Positions 26,069 through 41,000 of a stretch of DNA of 64,000 nt are shown here, piece by piece; the stretch's first letter is position 1; each line of letters begins with the position of its first letter. A program made the position numbers and the translations under genes. This DNA comes from Phoronis australis (lineage: Eukaryota; Animalia; Phoronida): contig NMRA01000267.1 of the NCBI GenBank assembly GCA_002633005.1, forward strand, positions 150,957 through 214,956, read 5' to 3'. The notes under the pieces are model-generated. The model did no database searches. It was given only the letters and a program-made list of their open reading frames with translations, and was not told the DNA's origin.

Positions 26069-29000
26069 ATGGCGAGCTCTTCGGATGAACGATCTCCCCT
26101 ATTAAGGAGATTTAGAGAAACAGGTACACCTCGCACGCACGATGGGGTGAGTGATTGTGTTCATTTTTGTCCTTAAGTTGGTTATTGGGTTAAAATGATT
26201 GATATCGCCAGATCATATAAGATAATAAGTAAAATAATGTCCATGTGACAGCAGTCACTGTGCCAAACAAAGTCACTCTCTGTCCTTGTCAAAGTTACTC
26301 ACTGTCACTGTGTCATCTGGTTTGTCAGACATTCAACTGGGCCAGCACATCTGGCACAGATGGTAGCCATCCAGTAGGGCTATACTCCAGAAGACCTCTC
26401 TCAATATGGACTGGGGTATCCAGTCCGATGTCATCATTATAGATTTTAGTAAAGCTTTTGACACAATACCTCACTCTAGACTTGTAAACAAAATTGATTT
26501 CTTTGTTGTCCTTGGCCGCACAGACTTACAATATTCTATAAAATTGTCCATCAGACCATCACCATTCCCGTTACCTATTTGTATCCTCCATTATTATAGT
26601 CTTGTTGTATTACTGCAGGTTCATTAGCTAGGACAGTAATACAACAGCTGCCCTCAACGTACTAATAACATATCCGCCAATTTTCAAAATCATCCTCAGA
26701 GCGGTTTGGTTGAAAGAAAGGCGAACGCCAAAAACAGAATCGAAAACTGTAAAAATTGCCACTAGGTGGCACAAAGTACCTCAAATTCACGGCATCCAAA
26801 AGCGAGAGGATGACATCATCTCGTTAATAGATGCCTATCTGCCAAATTTTATGAAAATCCTTTGAGGACCTCCAAAGATACAGTGGTAAGCGTAAAAAAT
26901 AATATTGCCACTAGGGAGCACAATGGCAGTCGGAGAGGTCTGAAATTCGTCATCATCCGTCGTCAGCTTGATATAACACACCTGCCAAATCTCATCCAAA
27001 TCCTGTAAGGGGTTTAGGAGATACAGCTGTGGACGCCAGAGTCCCAGACAGAGATGACCGCAATATGTGACCTCATACAAATATGTGGGCCCATAAAAAT
27101 AAAATTGGTGAGTTTCTAGACATCTGACCTACTATATTTTTATCTCCAACAGAAAGACAATCACTGAAAAGATGAGTCTTAAAGTGAAAGCGAGATCACA
27201 AGGCAGATCTATCTCATGTGGAACTTGAAAGTATAGAAGTGCTGAAATTAAACTTGTAATTGTGCTTTTTCTCCTCCGTTTCAAATGGAGGTGCAAAATG
27301 GAAATTAATATCTATTCTGGGCTTGAGATTCGTTGGCAAGACAAGAACATAACGACCATAATGACTGTGATCGCATTGGTGGATTACAGTGCCACAATGT
27401 GATGAGCACAGTCACAATGATTCGGGGTATACCCAGACCCTGAGAGCAAAATCCACAAACACAATTTTATGAGTACAACCAAAATGATTTGGGGTGTACT
27501 CAGTGCCTGAGAGCTGAATACACCAACACAATTTTATAGGTACACACCCAGAGCTTCAAAACTGAATACAGAAACACAAATTTATGAGTACACCCAAAAT
27601 GGTTTGGGGAGTACCCAAGCCAGTCTAGATGAAGTCCAGTCATGCAAGGCCATTCAGGTATACCCTTAACTTGACTTGACTGTGAGCTCTTTCACAAGGC
27701 TTCCTGAAACCCTGCATATCAATTGTTCATTTCCATGATAAAAGTTCAAACATGTTTTTTGTGTAATTCACAAAAAGTGGTCGTCATGTTCTTCCAACTT
27801 CCATCCTTTTGATGACAGTCAATCATATTGTCTTTTTCTCATTTTTTGTGAATGCTTGATACTGCTATGATGTGCAAGAATCAAGAATCTTTATTTAACG
27901 TCGTTCGAAGAACAAATGTATGAAATTAAAGACTGTTTTGTGTTTTTTGATGTATTAGAATCTTGGCTCATTCCCTCATGAGTACTTGGGAGTGCCAGAT
28001 TAACATACCATATATCAGGGCTTGGAATTTTCCGCGGAAACGCAGATTTCCGCTTTTTTCAAATGTTCTGTCCACGCATTTTATTATATTTCAGCGTAAA
28101 AAAATCGGATTTGATATAAAATTTTGGGCAAATTCCTTTCTTACCGCGGCGTTGCAGACGACGTTCACCTCGAAAAGCGGAAGTTGCTCTTTATGTTTCG
28201 GAGGAACGTAAATTGTCAACATTGCCGGGGCATCTGGGATAGCGTGGTGGGATTTTCAATGGCGTCTCGTGTTATTATAAACCGCGGCGACAAATACTAC
28301 GGCTATGCAGCCAAAAATGTGTGGGTTGGGAGTGGACGGATGAGCTAAAAGGACGCAGACGCATGCTACTGATGGTGGTAACGTTTTTTTTTTAGTCCTC
28401 CCGATTTTTGAAAGGTTCACATCGACCATATCAAGGCTGGGTAGCGCGCATGATTTGGGCCGTAAAAGTTTCCGCGTATTTTGTCATTGGTCATTCCAAG
28501 TCCTGGTATATAGAGGGACAAACTTCCCCCAAACCGACCCACTGAAAGAGGACCCCTTCTGAAGGGGGACCCCTTAAGATGAAATCATTAAGCATGGAAA
28601 AGACCTAGCTCAACATGAAAGGTTGTACGTTTTCCTAAATTGGGCCCTCTGTCCGTGAGTGACCCCTTAAGAATTTATCAAGAAAAAAATGAAAAAGATT
28701 GCCACTTGAATGTCATCAATGGCCCCCATTCCAAGACTGGGCCCCTAATTATGAAAGGATGAATAATTTCAAAAAACGAAATGTGGAGCAATTGATGCTA
28801 TCTGTTAGGTCACCAACTTTCCTCAAGTGAAACAAATGAAAAAATAGTGCGACAGTTGTCTTCATTACCCTTGCCAGAGTGAGGCCTCTGGAAAAAATAT
28901 ACCGTAATCGTTCGGGTTAACACCCATGCTCAGTTAACCGCCCACCCCCTACTTTAGGTGGATTTTCGATTTAACCGCCCACTGCTCAGTTAAGCGCCCC

Positions 29001-32000
29001 CCTACGATTTTTGAAGATTTCCAGTTAAGCGCCCATCCCGGACTTTTAAAGAATGAAGATTTAGCGCCCAGTGCTAAGGAAACGGTGATTCCCCGACTTT
29101 TACAAAAAGATCGATGATCACAATGAGCGTAACAACGCCGGGCCTTCAAGACGGTGGTTTAGCAATGTGAATTACAATACAAGTAAGGAGTTCTTGTCTT
29201 GGGTCATGGACTCACTTCAAAATATAATACTTTAACGTTTTTGTCACTTTATTTTCTTCCCATGTTTACAAAGTTTAAGAACGGCGCCGGCGTCAAAACC
29301 TCCGCTTTCAGCGACTTTGTCTGCCGCACTGAGTTTCGGTCTGCAGTGCACTAGATAAAATATATATTCGAAAAAATCAGGCCAGACAAATGTGACAATG
29401 GTTTTGCCAACCCTCCAAATTCTCTTAAGGTGGGAAGCTCTCGTATTTTGAAGAAATCTCACAACTCACGGAAAGATTTCAAATTCTCATTTTGATGAAT
29501 GTAACTGCCGGGTTGTAGAGGACGTGTGGCGACCGAAGGGACAGTACAAGTGCCTTACTGGGTTACCGATTTCGTTGCTGCCTATCGATTTCTGAATTCA
29601 AAGGTTGGCAATAATGTTTGTTTGTGTATGATCTTGAAGTAATAAAAAACAGCTAGTCAAATTTTGTTTTTTGCTTACTGCATCTCAGTCAAACTGGCGT
29701 TACCAGATTTAACTATTGTCGCTGGCTGTTCTTTATTTTTTCTTGCGTCAGCCCCCACGTATAAGCGTGACTGTGAAATATCGTTTCCACATCCCCTTTT
29801 TGCCATCCAGAATAATTTTGTTTATACATTGGCCAGTTTCTTACCATTCGAGTCTGAAATATCTACGACGTAGACTGACTGAAAATTGGCGATAGTGGGT
29901 AGGAGATGCACACAGCTAGCTACGGGCATGGGCTTAGGGAGCATCGAGCGGGAAATATCGGAATAGACTTGACATCGCAGTTTTGGGGAACATTGGCAAC
30001 GGAGGAATATCGTAAAGAACTGGGTCTTTCGTAACAACAGCTTAAAAGTACATAGTCACGCCCGTTTTTGTTACTTAGGGCTATTCTCTTTTGATGTGTG
30101 ACTTTGTAGTCATTTTGGTGCACGTGCGCAAGTTCCCACACTTTGCAGTGCATGTTACCTTGACATCAACATGTGATTGACAGGTGCTCACTCGTAGGCC
30201 CTACGTGCGTGCTGATTCCCGCCGCTATCTTTGGCCATAAAAAACGAGATGCATATTGGAAGAGGCCGTTTTATTACTTGACGGCATTTCCAAGTCACGA
30301 CTGTCAGCCGACTGAGACATTGCTTGCTAACAGCGAGACCGAACAGTGCCGCAGTGCGATAGGCCTATTGCAAGTGATATAAATAGGATAATCTGGACAT
30401 CTTGCATGAAAAATAAATGTTTTTCCACCACGAAGTTTGGTAAGGCGATTGTTTAAGAATGAATTGAAACATCGCTGTTTTGTGGCGTTTTATCACATAT
30501 TTATGTCGTGGCTCGAAATTTTATTCTTGATTGACGAGTAGCTCACGGCCGCTTAACACCGATTCTTGTCTTAGGCCTAATTCTTTGCCGAGCATGTTTG
30601 GCGCAACGGCAAGTGAGCAATGCCGGGCGGTCGAGATAAAACAGCTAGCCGCAGAACCATACGCTGAAAATGTCATTGAGTCACAGAGTGTCGACTATAA
30701 ACATCCTAAACACAAAAAACATCTGAATTAAGTTTTTCAAACTTTTATTACAACTCATTTTAAAACTGCTCTCAGACTATGAACTTGGCAGCTCAGTACG
30801 AGACTGCAACCATAAATTTGATGTCTGCTGTGACCTCTGCAACACGTGAAGCTTGCACGCGCGCACTTTAACAAGGTCACATCTTAAAATAGTTGCAATC
30901 CAAGTAGAGGCTGCGTGGTCACTGGTCGTCTGCGCTCTAGAGGGCAAAGTAACAAGACCGCAGGACGCCACGGGGCTATTACTCAGTAATTCTGTAAATT
31001 TAACAGTGAATAACTAATCTGAGGGCAAGAGAATCTTTGTTGGGATCATCCGCTGTTATGACATTTTTCTCGTCATGTGGCGACGTGAAGATAACGCTCT
31101 TTGAAAAGTACTACGCGTTCCGAGTACGAGGTAAGATTAACCGCCCAGGGCGGTTGCCTGTCGTAATAAGCGCCCATGTTCGGTTAACCGCCCACCCTGG
31201 ATTTCTTGAAATTTCACGTTTAAGCGCCCATGTCTGGTTAACCGCCCACCCCCGATTTTTTGGGTTTGCCAATTTAACCGCCCAGGGCGTTAACCTGAAC
31301 GATTACGGTAGTTTTGCATTCACAAAATTGTCTTATTGAATTTAAAAACCTCGCAAATTCAATACGCTCCACAAAAGCTGCACTTTACAAATGTTCTTGA
31401 TTTTTTCGAAATATGTGTATGCATGATTAAGTGTGCGATTTCAAGTGCGTTTAGGTGACCTATGCCGCAAAAAAGGAGGCCCCTAACAACAATGTCCTGG
31501 CTAGGACTATCAAAGGATAAGTCATGCACTGATAGTTGTCAAATTTTCTCTAGGCTTATGACACTTGAAAAATGTAAGGTTTGTGTGCCTTGGATCTTTT
31601 GTTCGTGAAGTGGCATAATTTCTCATAATGTTCTCAAAATGACACCCAGCGCGGGAGCTTGAGTGAGCCTCGACATATTTTCATGGATGTTAAATTTATG
31701 GTGTATCAAGAGTCATGTGGTATGTGTTTATAACTCAATGCATATATTTATGCATGCCTCATTTGATATCATTGGCTGTACTTTTTTACTTTCAATAGGG
31801 GTAGTCTATTACCTGTGGCGATGTAATTGCCTGTTACAGTCAATGTGCTTGTGGTCAAACGGAAACGTACAGAGGGTTATCACTGGTTATGGGGAGGGGT
31901 TGCGGGATTGATGATGAGATTTGCATTACTTCACAAAAGGTTTTGAAATGAATTAAAATTGCATTACCATAGCAACATTCGGTATGAAGGTGTGAATGTT

Positions 32001-35000
32001 CAGTATGGAGAATCATTGACTTTGAAACACGATCTTACAAGTTCATTAACTGTCCAAATCATACAATAAAGGTATTTATTTCAGCCAGTGTTCATTGATA
32101 AAGTTATTGCTTTGTAGTGATATTGCCCTACTCCAGTCAAATACATAGATTACCTTTGATTTTCGTGATTGATTTTGTCAGTGGTTCTTGTTCAAATATA
32201 TTGAATGCAGTTCAAGGTGTGGTGAAAGAGCCACGTTTCTATTGTGTTGTAGAGCTGTAAACTGATAATGGTTGGGATAATCTTTGGCAGCAGCTGATGT
32301 ACATGTTTAGCAATCTAGATAATGTGATTTTTTACCAGAACTTCCAGCATTTGTTCTTTAAATTGACAGTGAATGATCATAATACTTGCAATGTGTTTTG
32401 CAAAACTATTCAGATGTGACATTTTAAACTTAATTCGTTTCATCAGTATTTAGGTGCCAAAAACAACAAGGGCTTAATCCTTAAGCTCATTAAGTCATGT
32501 CATAATATTCCTAACTTGATTTCCAAGTGGTGCCTGTTATTCAGGAGAGAAAACTAGTTCTCAAAATGCGGAACTCCTGAAAGTGACTACATGTTACGGG
32601 TTCATTTAGCATATGTAAGTGAAGAGACGTGTCTATTGCAGTGACTATTTATATTGTTTGTTGTCCTTTAATTTTCTATTTTATTTTATTTCCTGTGACT
32701 TACCTTCTGCTAGCACATAGCTGTGTCCAGCAAAAAAACTTTGTGGCTGTGCGTGAATGTAAAATAAGTCAATATACCGTATACTGTAAGTTTCTCAAGG
32801 ATTTTGTGCTCACCTGGGCCAAGCATAATACTCAAATGGACATATACACAGTAGGAAGTACTTCAGAGTTGAGCTGAATATGTCAAATGTTAACAATTTG
32901 CAACATGACCCAAGTCAATTTCACTATTGTGTTGAACCCCACTGTCTGGTATTACACAATAGCTATTGTACGATGTTATGTAACATGCATCTTGCCCTAT
33001 TGTGTAGTAGGTCAGCCAACTCAGCATTTGGTGAAGCTGTTTTCCCCAAGCATGTAACAACTTTGTGTAATCTCAGACCTCTAAACAAATTTTTTGATCT
33101 GATAACCTATCTATCAACAAAGTCACCTTCTCACAGTGGTACTGCTTCACACAATGCATTGGTTGACCACTTTTAAGAATGTGGAAACAGTTGATTCACA
33201 CTTTAATGATCGAGCTCACAATGGAAAAAGTCAACATTGACTCATTGTGTTCTGGAATTCAAAATTTCTTTGGATTTTGGTTTGCCATTCGTTTTTCTTC
33301 TATTTTTATATTTTTATTTTTAAAGACATATAGCTTTTAAAAAATGTCTTATATTCTGTTTTTTTTTGCTTTCTATTTTTGTGAGCTAACTAAATTTTAA
33401 AACGAAAAAAATCATTTTGGCTAAACCTGGTTTCCCTCCCAGTCTTACAGCTGTTTCTTGTCTATTGCAGCCTTGGTATACAGTCAACAATATATTGGAT
33501 GATCACTCCATATCTGAATCTCAAGCTATTTCAACAGAGACATCTATTGAACCACCTGATGAGGAAAAAATTTTAAATGCACGTTATCAGGTAAGCACCC
33601 ATCTTGTAGACTAAAATAAAATTTGAAATTTTTTTAGTGTCTGAACGTGGCTAATGCTGCAAAACTAAATTTTTGTTTATTTTGAACTGTGATATTTTAA
33701 CCTACGATTTTCTGTATTTTTAGTCCAAGTTTTACTTTCCGTCGGAGTGCATTCTGTATGTATACATTAATTTCAGAAGTCTTTTGTTTTGCTGCTGATT
33801 CCTAATTTCTTATTGCAAGTACTTGGTCTTATTTGCAATTTGTCTGCTTTTTTATTAATATTACTTTTCATCTGTTTCTGTGGTAACCATTTATTAATAT
33901 TTCTGTTGTAATATTATATTGTATATTCATTTGCCCAGAGGTGGTGTTATTAGTGTTCTCTAGTGTTCTAGGTACTTATTTGTGGTAAGAAATAAAAAGA
34001 AATAAATGGTGTGCTTCATCAGTCAATTCAGCTTTTATGCAGTTGATATTGTGTTGATGTGCAACTTGGAATTGTAGAGTGCATGGCTTAATGCTTTCAT
34101 TGCAGAGTTTAGACTATGATCCGTGTGAAAATGTGTTGTACCAAAATGAGGCGAATGCATCCTCAACTGGGGTAAGTATTGTTGAATAAAAACTCATTCA
34201 GTTCACACTTTTATAGCTTTGAGTATTTTCACAGATTGTCTTTACTTTTTGGTAGTTCTGGCTGGCTAACTTTTGCAGAATTGCTTGGAATATATTGGTT
34301 TTTCTGAAATCCTTTTGATTTGTACACTGTTTGGAGTGTTTTAGTCATCTGCCACATGATCTGTGAGAAAAGTACATGGTGAATCCAAATCGGTCTTTTT
34401 TCAATTAGCTCTGGTGCACATGACTTGAACAAGACGTATGAGAACGAGTCATTTGCTCGTCTTTCATTCATTATGGGGTAGTCATACTTTTTCGATTTGT
34501 CAATCCTTTCAGGTTCACAGCACAAGAGATAACACGATTGATCATGACCAACTCAAAGTGCAGCTAACAAATTAACCAAATGGATTTGATTATCTATCAC
34601 TTTTTGTCTGATCTTGCTGTTTCAAAATCATAATATTAAAGCGCTAGTGTGGAACATCACCACCAACAGTGTATGAAGAAAATAATTAGATTTCTGTGTT
34701 CGACTGGTTGTCTTGATGGCTCAGTGGATAAGAACATTTGTACAAAATGCAGGCCTCTAGTTTGAGCTCCTGTTGGGACAGGAATCAGATTCCTGTCCCG
34801 ATCCCTGCTCAAATAGAGAGCCCTGTGGTTATGTCACATTGTCCAACGTAGGACTCTGTTTTAAAAAATAATGAAAGCTAGTACAATAAATTTGCTTTTC
34901 ATTGAGTATGGTTCACCCATCAGGATAATTTCTAAATGATTTCTCTTGATGAATTTTGTTTGCATAAAACAGGTTACAGCTTTGGTCCTTTAAGCTGCAT

Positions 35001-38000
35001 CATGTGTAATATAATTATACTCTACCATGATCGAGTGTACTGTAAGATTTTTACAAGGTTGCAACATAGTGACAATGTGAGATTACCAGTTCATCATCAT
35101 TGTTGTCATCACTGTCTCCATCATTACCATCATCATCTTTGTGGTTAATTTTTACCTTGATTCACCCATTGCAGTTCAGACTCTTGTCTGATGCCTTCAT
35201 ATTGTTATTCACTTTTGTAGAATGTAATAAAAATCCAAGTGCAACGATGGGTGGTGATGTTCTTTGTCGGTGTACTCACAGCCCTGGTTGCCTTTGGCAT
35301 TGACGTGGGAATAGAGACCTTGTCCTCATTAAAATACACAGTGGTGAAATACTGTATCCTTTTGAGCCATAGTGGTGTGCATATGATACCAGCTCACGTG
35401 CTCAGCTACATGTAACTTGTGGTAAATAGTTACTGTGCTCTTCAATTTAGCTCACACTATAGCAGACATATTTTGTTTTATTTTATTTTATTTTGTCAAA
35501 TTTGTCAACAGAAATTTAAAATTTGGATATCGTTACTTCATGGATAGTTTATACTGTTGCAGCTATCATTAAATGAAACTTGAACAAAAATTTGGGGATT
35601 TTGATAATATAATCAGCGTTTGAAAAACTTCAGTTTCAGCAATTATTTTAGTACTTGGTTCAACAGAAAAATAATTCCTACGGGTGATTGTTGACTCTGA
35701 CTGATGGTCCATGGCCTCTACTCCATTACAAAGTTTATTTTGCTAGAAACATCAGTTAGGAAACGTGACAGTTTCTTGCATTTTGGATGTAGTTCTAGTT
35801 ATAGCTGACTGTCTATATTGTCCAGATCATCCTCTTGTAAACAGGCAATTGGGATTGCTGCTAAAACCTGAGCTGGGAATTCAATTTCATCTTGGTTTTC
35901 AAAACCATTGACAAACTTAAATACCATATCTGGTCGATATAAGACAAATTCAGATAAAATTTTGATTAAAAAACCTTTAAAATCCTGCACGTACATAGAA
36001 GCCTTTTACCAAGCTCCATATATTGTCTGGTCAATTTGTAACAGCTGGCTAAAGTACACACAGGGTGCAGTCAAACCCTTGACTCAGTTTGCATAGAGTC
36101 TAAATCCCAAAAGACTTCTTGAAAAGTTTAGCCTTTGCCAATTGTTGGTCAATGTTCAGAAACAAACATGGCTAATCCTTACAACAATAGTGGAAACACT
36201 GCATGACTATTTGTTGACCATGTGGAATCATTTCAGCATACGGATTATCACCTTAACTCTTCATTACAGATATTGACAAGTGTATCAACTCCCACTGTTT
36301 ATCAGTCCCTTTTGTTATATGGGTATTTTTCAACATCTGCTTTGTTACCATAGCTTCTATACTTGTTGCCTATGGAGAGGTAAGAGATTTTCAATTATTC
36401 CTAGGTTACAATAACAATTTTCAGCTTTAGGATCATGCCTCGTTATTAGGATTTATTTTCTTAATTATTATTCAAGAGAAATGCCTTGGTCTTATTGAAA
36501 AATTTCTATTACTCCAAAAACAATACTTATTACGTTTTTATTGGCATTTTTAGCAAGAAGTTTTGCGCGAAGTGACTGAGGAATTGCCATATGTGGGCTA
36601 ATTAGGTTAAGGTGAAATTGCAAAATTCTAAATGGCAATAAATCAGTAAGTTAATGGTGCTGGCTGCTCCTGAGCAATCAATGAACACTATTCTGTCAAT
36701 GGTTTTATATAATTAGACACGCTAACTATTTATTAAAGTCTTCTGCATATACATTTTTGTTATTCTAGATATATTAGATCATACAAATAGTCCTATCAAT
36801 GCTTTAGCAACACCAGAAAACACAGTTCAACACTTAAACACATGCATGTCTAATGATACATTAAATAGTGTTTTTGTAACATATTGCATCACCAATCAAA
36901 GAACTGTGGTTAAGAGTACTGGTAGTTCTGAAAATTTGCCATACCGGTGGTATAAATATGTGTGTGTTGCCGGAACTAGAGTATATTGAATATCTGATGC
37001 AGGCAGGTGATGTTTGTAGCTGTTGGAATTATATTTAAGTAAGGATTCTTGTGGTGGCGTGCACAAAAGTCCCATAATAAGCCTAATGATTCATTACATT
37101 TGATAATTTATAACTTCATTGTCTTCACAGGGATTCTTTCAACTTATTATAGGAACTGAATTTTACATTTTTTGTTGCCATTTGAAGTAGCCTGTGTATA
37201 GTGAAAACAAACCGTTCTATTCCAAAACATGAACCAAATGTTTTTCATTGGTGTTGCTGCATGGGACTTTGAATAAAATTTGTTTTTATTTCTTCTAGCC
37301 TGTAGCTGCTGGTAGTGGCATTCCGCAGATAAAATGTTATCTAAACGGCGTTAAGATACCAAATGTGGTACGGCTAAAAACACTGGTGGTCAAAGCCCTT
37401 GGTGTTTTATTCTCTGTTTCTGGAGGCCTGGCTGTGGGAAAGGTAATATAAACTGTGTATCTTAGCATTCAAACTTTTTTTGAAAATATTTTTTTCAACA
37501 TATTATAGTTTTGTCTGGAAGTCACTTAAACTAGATTCCTGCACTTAGCTGCTCAGTAAAGGGGTCGTTAGTACCTGGTATTTTGTGTATTCTCATGCTG
37601 GGACTGTACAGGGTGACTCCCTGTTGAGTCATTAGATTTAACAGTGACTGGATAGAGTAAATAGGACATTGGATTTTTTATGCTTGATTGATGTCCGTGG
37701 AATCCAATAGATTGGCTTTCATTAACATGAGGATTCCCAGTTTGATTGCCTTAACTGCCATTTTTATACACCCACATACCTATATATGGGTGCATATTGC
37801 CGTCATCTTTGTTTGGGCATCCGGCGTCTGTCATCCGGCGTTTGACGTCAGCAGCTGTATCTCCTAAACCCCTCACAGGATCTTCATGAAATTTGGCAGA
37901 TGGGTTCCTATGAAGTTGACGACAGATGGCGACGCATTTCGGACGGATGCGACTACCAGTGTGCTCCCTAGTGGCAATTTTTATTTTTACGTTTACCTCT

Positions 38001-41000
38001 GAGTCTGTATCTTCATAAGTCCATGCAGATTTTTGTGAAATTTGGCACATGGGCATTTATTAGAGTGATGACACTATCCTCCTGTTTTCGGACGAATTCG
38101 AGGTATTTTGCACCACCCAGTGGCCATTTTTACTGTTTTCAAGTTTGTTTTTTGGTGTCCACCCCTCTATCAACCAAACCGCTCTAATGATGATTGTGAA
38201 AATTGACATGTAATGTTCTTACTATGAAGAGAAAAGCTGACGATGATTTTCGGATGACTCTGGGTTTATCTCCTAAACACTTTGCAGGATCTTTACTAAA
38301 TTTAAAAAGTGTATTTATAAGAAGTTGACAACGGAAGACGACGACTTTCAGATAGATCTGTATACTGGTGTGCCCTCTAGTGACTATAGTTTTTTGCGTT
38401 TACCTCTGTATCTTCAAAGGTCCTCAACGGATTTTTATAAAATTTTGAATATAGGCATCTATTGGTGAGGTGACACTATCCTCCTGTTTTCGGAAGGATT
38501 CGAGGTATTTTGTGCCACCTAGTGGCCATTTTTGGTGTTTTTGATTCTGTTTTTTGGCGTCCGCTCCTCAATCAAACAAACCATTCTAAGCATGATTGTG
38601 AAGCTTTGCATATATTTTCTGAGTGTGAAGAGGACGGTTGACGTGACTACTTCATTCACTATGATGCCTCTTATAGGCAGTTTTTTTGGCACCCATAGCT
38701 GTATGTCCAAAACCCACTGCAGGATCTTTACAAAATTTAGCAAGTGTATTAATATGAAGTTGAGAATAGACGATGATGAGTTTCAGACACATTTGACAAA
38801 CGTTGTGCCCCCTAGTGGCAATTTCATTTTTTCAGTTTTCCTTCGTTTCTCTAAGTTCCTCGACAGATTTTTTTAAAAATTGGTAAGTAGCTTTCCATTA
38901 AAGAAACGATTGCATTTTTCCATTTTCGGATGGATTTGACGTATTTTCGCCATCTGGTGGCAATTTTTTTGATACAAATAAACATCCCTAGAACCACACC
39001 ATTTGGGGTGCATTCGTGGGTGCATTTCAATGCTCCCTGTTGCTCTTGTTCCATATAGTGTCGACATGATGAAATTTGCCTTGTCACTAAATGGCAATAG
39101 GGCAATTGATGGACAGTAGTCTACATTGTTGTGTGGATTTAATGAAGTGGGAAATTTACCAGTGTTTTTTATGAATTCTTTATGACTATCATTTTGTCAA
39201 ATTGCCGTGGTTGTGTGATGGGATATTTAAACAATTCACAAAATGAAATTCCAGTGTCTCAAAATGTCTGCGAATGAAAGACATTGAGTTTTGCCTCCGT
39301 CAACTCTTCCCATCTTGTGCAGCAAAATTAGAAATGGGGTCAAGTTTAAGTGGGTCAAATGGAAGACGCTCTTGAGCTCTCACAATGCTAAGGAGTTGTA
39401 TGTAGAATATTTCCAAATGACATATTTCTTGAGTTCCTGTAACAGTAAAGCATTGAGCTGAAGCACGTGCTGCTTGATTTACCCGAATTTTTAATGGCAT
39501 TATGTATGATTTTGGTTTTCTGGTTGTATTGCAGGAGGGTCCTATGATTCATTCAGGTGCTGTTATTGCGGCTGGTATATCGCAAGGGCGGTCTACATCA
39601 TTGAAGAAAGATTTAAGGGTGAGCCATATGTGTACCAGTTTCATATCTGTTTGATTTGTATGCTGGTTCTATGATATCATATGGTGCTTAGACTTTGGAA
39701 ATCTGAAAAAATATCATTATTCAAAATTAACTATAATTATTTTGCATATGGCTAGAAATTTTGAATTAAGCAAATGGTAGCCATGTTAAACTGACATTTT
39801 TCGTTCACAAGAGTGAATTGTGAACGTGTAAATCTTGAATTATGGTAAGAATCCTCCAGTTTATGACAGTCGTTAAAATTTCTTATACCAAAATGCTGAA
39901 TTTTCTTTATTACGAAGATTGGGATATATGGGGGATTTTAGCATTCATCGTATTTCTCAAATGTGAATAGACTCGGTAGTTCAAAAATTGTTGAAAATTA
40001 CTACCGATGCAACATGCGTCCCCATAGTATGTATCATTGAGGTGTATAATCGTTTGTCATTGAGCGCAATTCTTGAAATTGGGATAGCCAGTATTGCCTT
40101 ATTTCTAAAATATGGTACAAGTTCCAACCTTGAGCAAAATAATAAATTGAAAGTTTCGCAATCCCAAACTGGAGAATTTTTATTATAGCAAATCATCTAA
40201 TTTTTGTTGGTGAACTATAAGAAAATTTGATTTCTCCCCTTCTCTCTACAGTTCTTCAATCATTTTCGTACTGATACGGAGAAGAGAGACTTTGTGTCAG
40301 GTGGTGCTGCGGCGGGGGTCTCTGCAGCCTTTGGAGCTCCTGTGGGGGGCGTTCTCTTCAGTCTAGAGGAAGGAGCCAGCTTCTGGAAGCAGTCGCTCAC
40401 CTGGCGAATTGTAAGTCATTGAGCTGAGCTTAGTTGCATTTTTTGAATCTTCTGCATTTCTCACCCATATAAGTTTGTTTATTGTCTGATATCCAAAGGT
40501 AATATTAAACAATGGCAAAATGATGCTCGGTACTCATCTTGTTATTCAGTATTATCCAGCCAGGTCTGAGGTCTAATATCCAACCTTGAAATCGTACACA
40601 GAATTATTTTTTATCTTTTTTGTCCTGCTTTTAATACAAATATCTTGATTTTGACCCCTAAATTCAAGTTACAAACCCTAGTAAAACTTTGATTTAGAGT
40701 AACAAGTCGAAATTTTGAGTTCAGACTCAACTTACAACTTTAATGCTGGCGTCTTCAAGTGCAAACTAGGGTTAGACAGTCAGCTAGGTAAACCATGCAG
40801 TACTCAAGTACAGAATGAGTGGACACTAGAATAGAAAAGAAAATGTCAATTATAATTTTGAGTCCAAATTTGAGTACAAAGGTTAGATCTCATGCCCTGG
40901 TATTGTACATCAGTCATTCAAGATTTTGCACGTAAATATCTTTAGATATAATTTATGTATGTGGTGGTTTGGTGTCCAATTTGCAACTGTGATAATAAAG

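Noticed and set aside
34711-34780. tRNA gene
   Set aside because: The B-box is degenerate and no cloverleaf can be folded. At best it is a SINE head.
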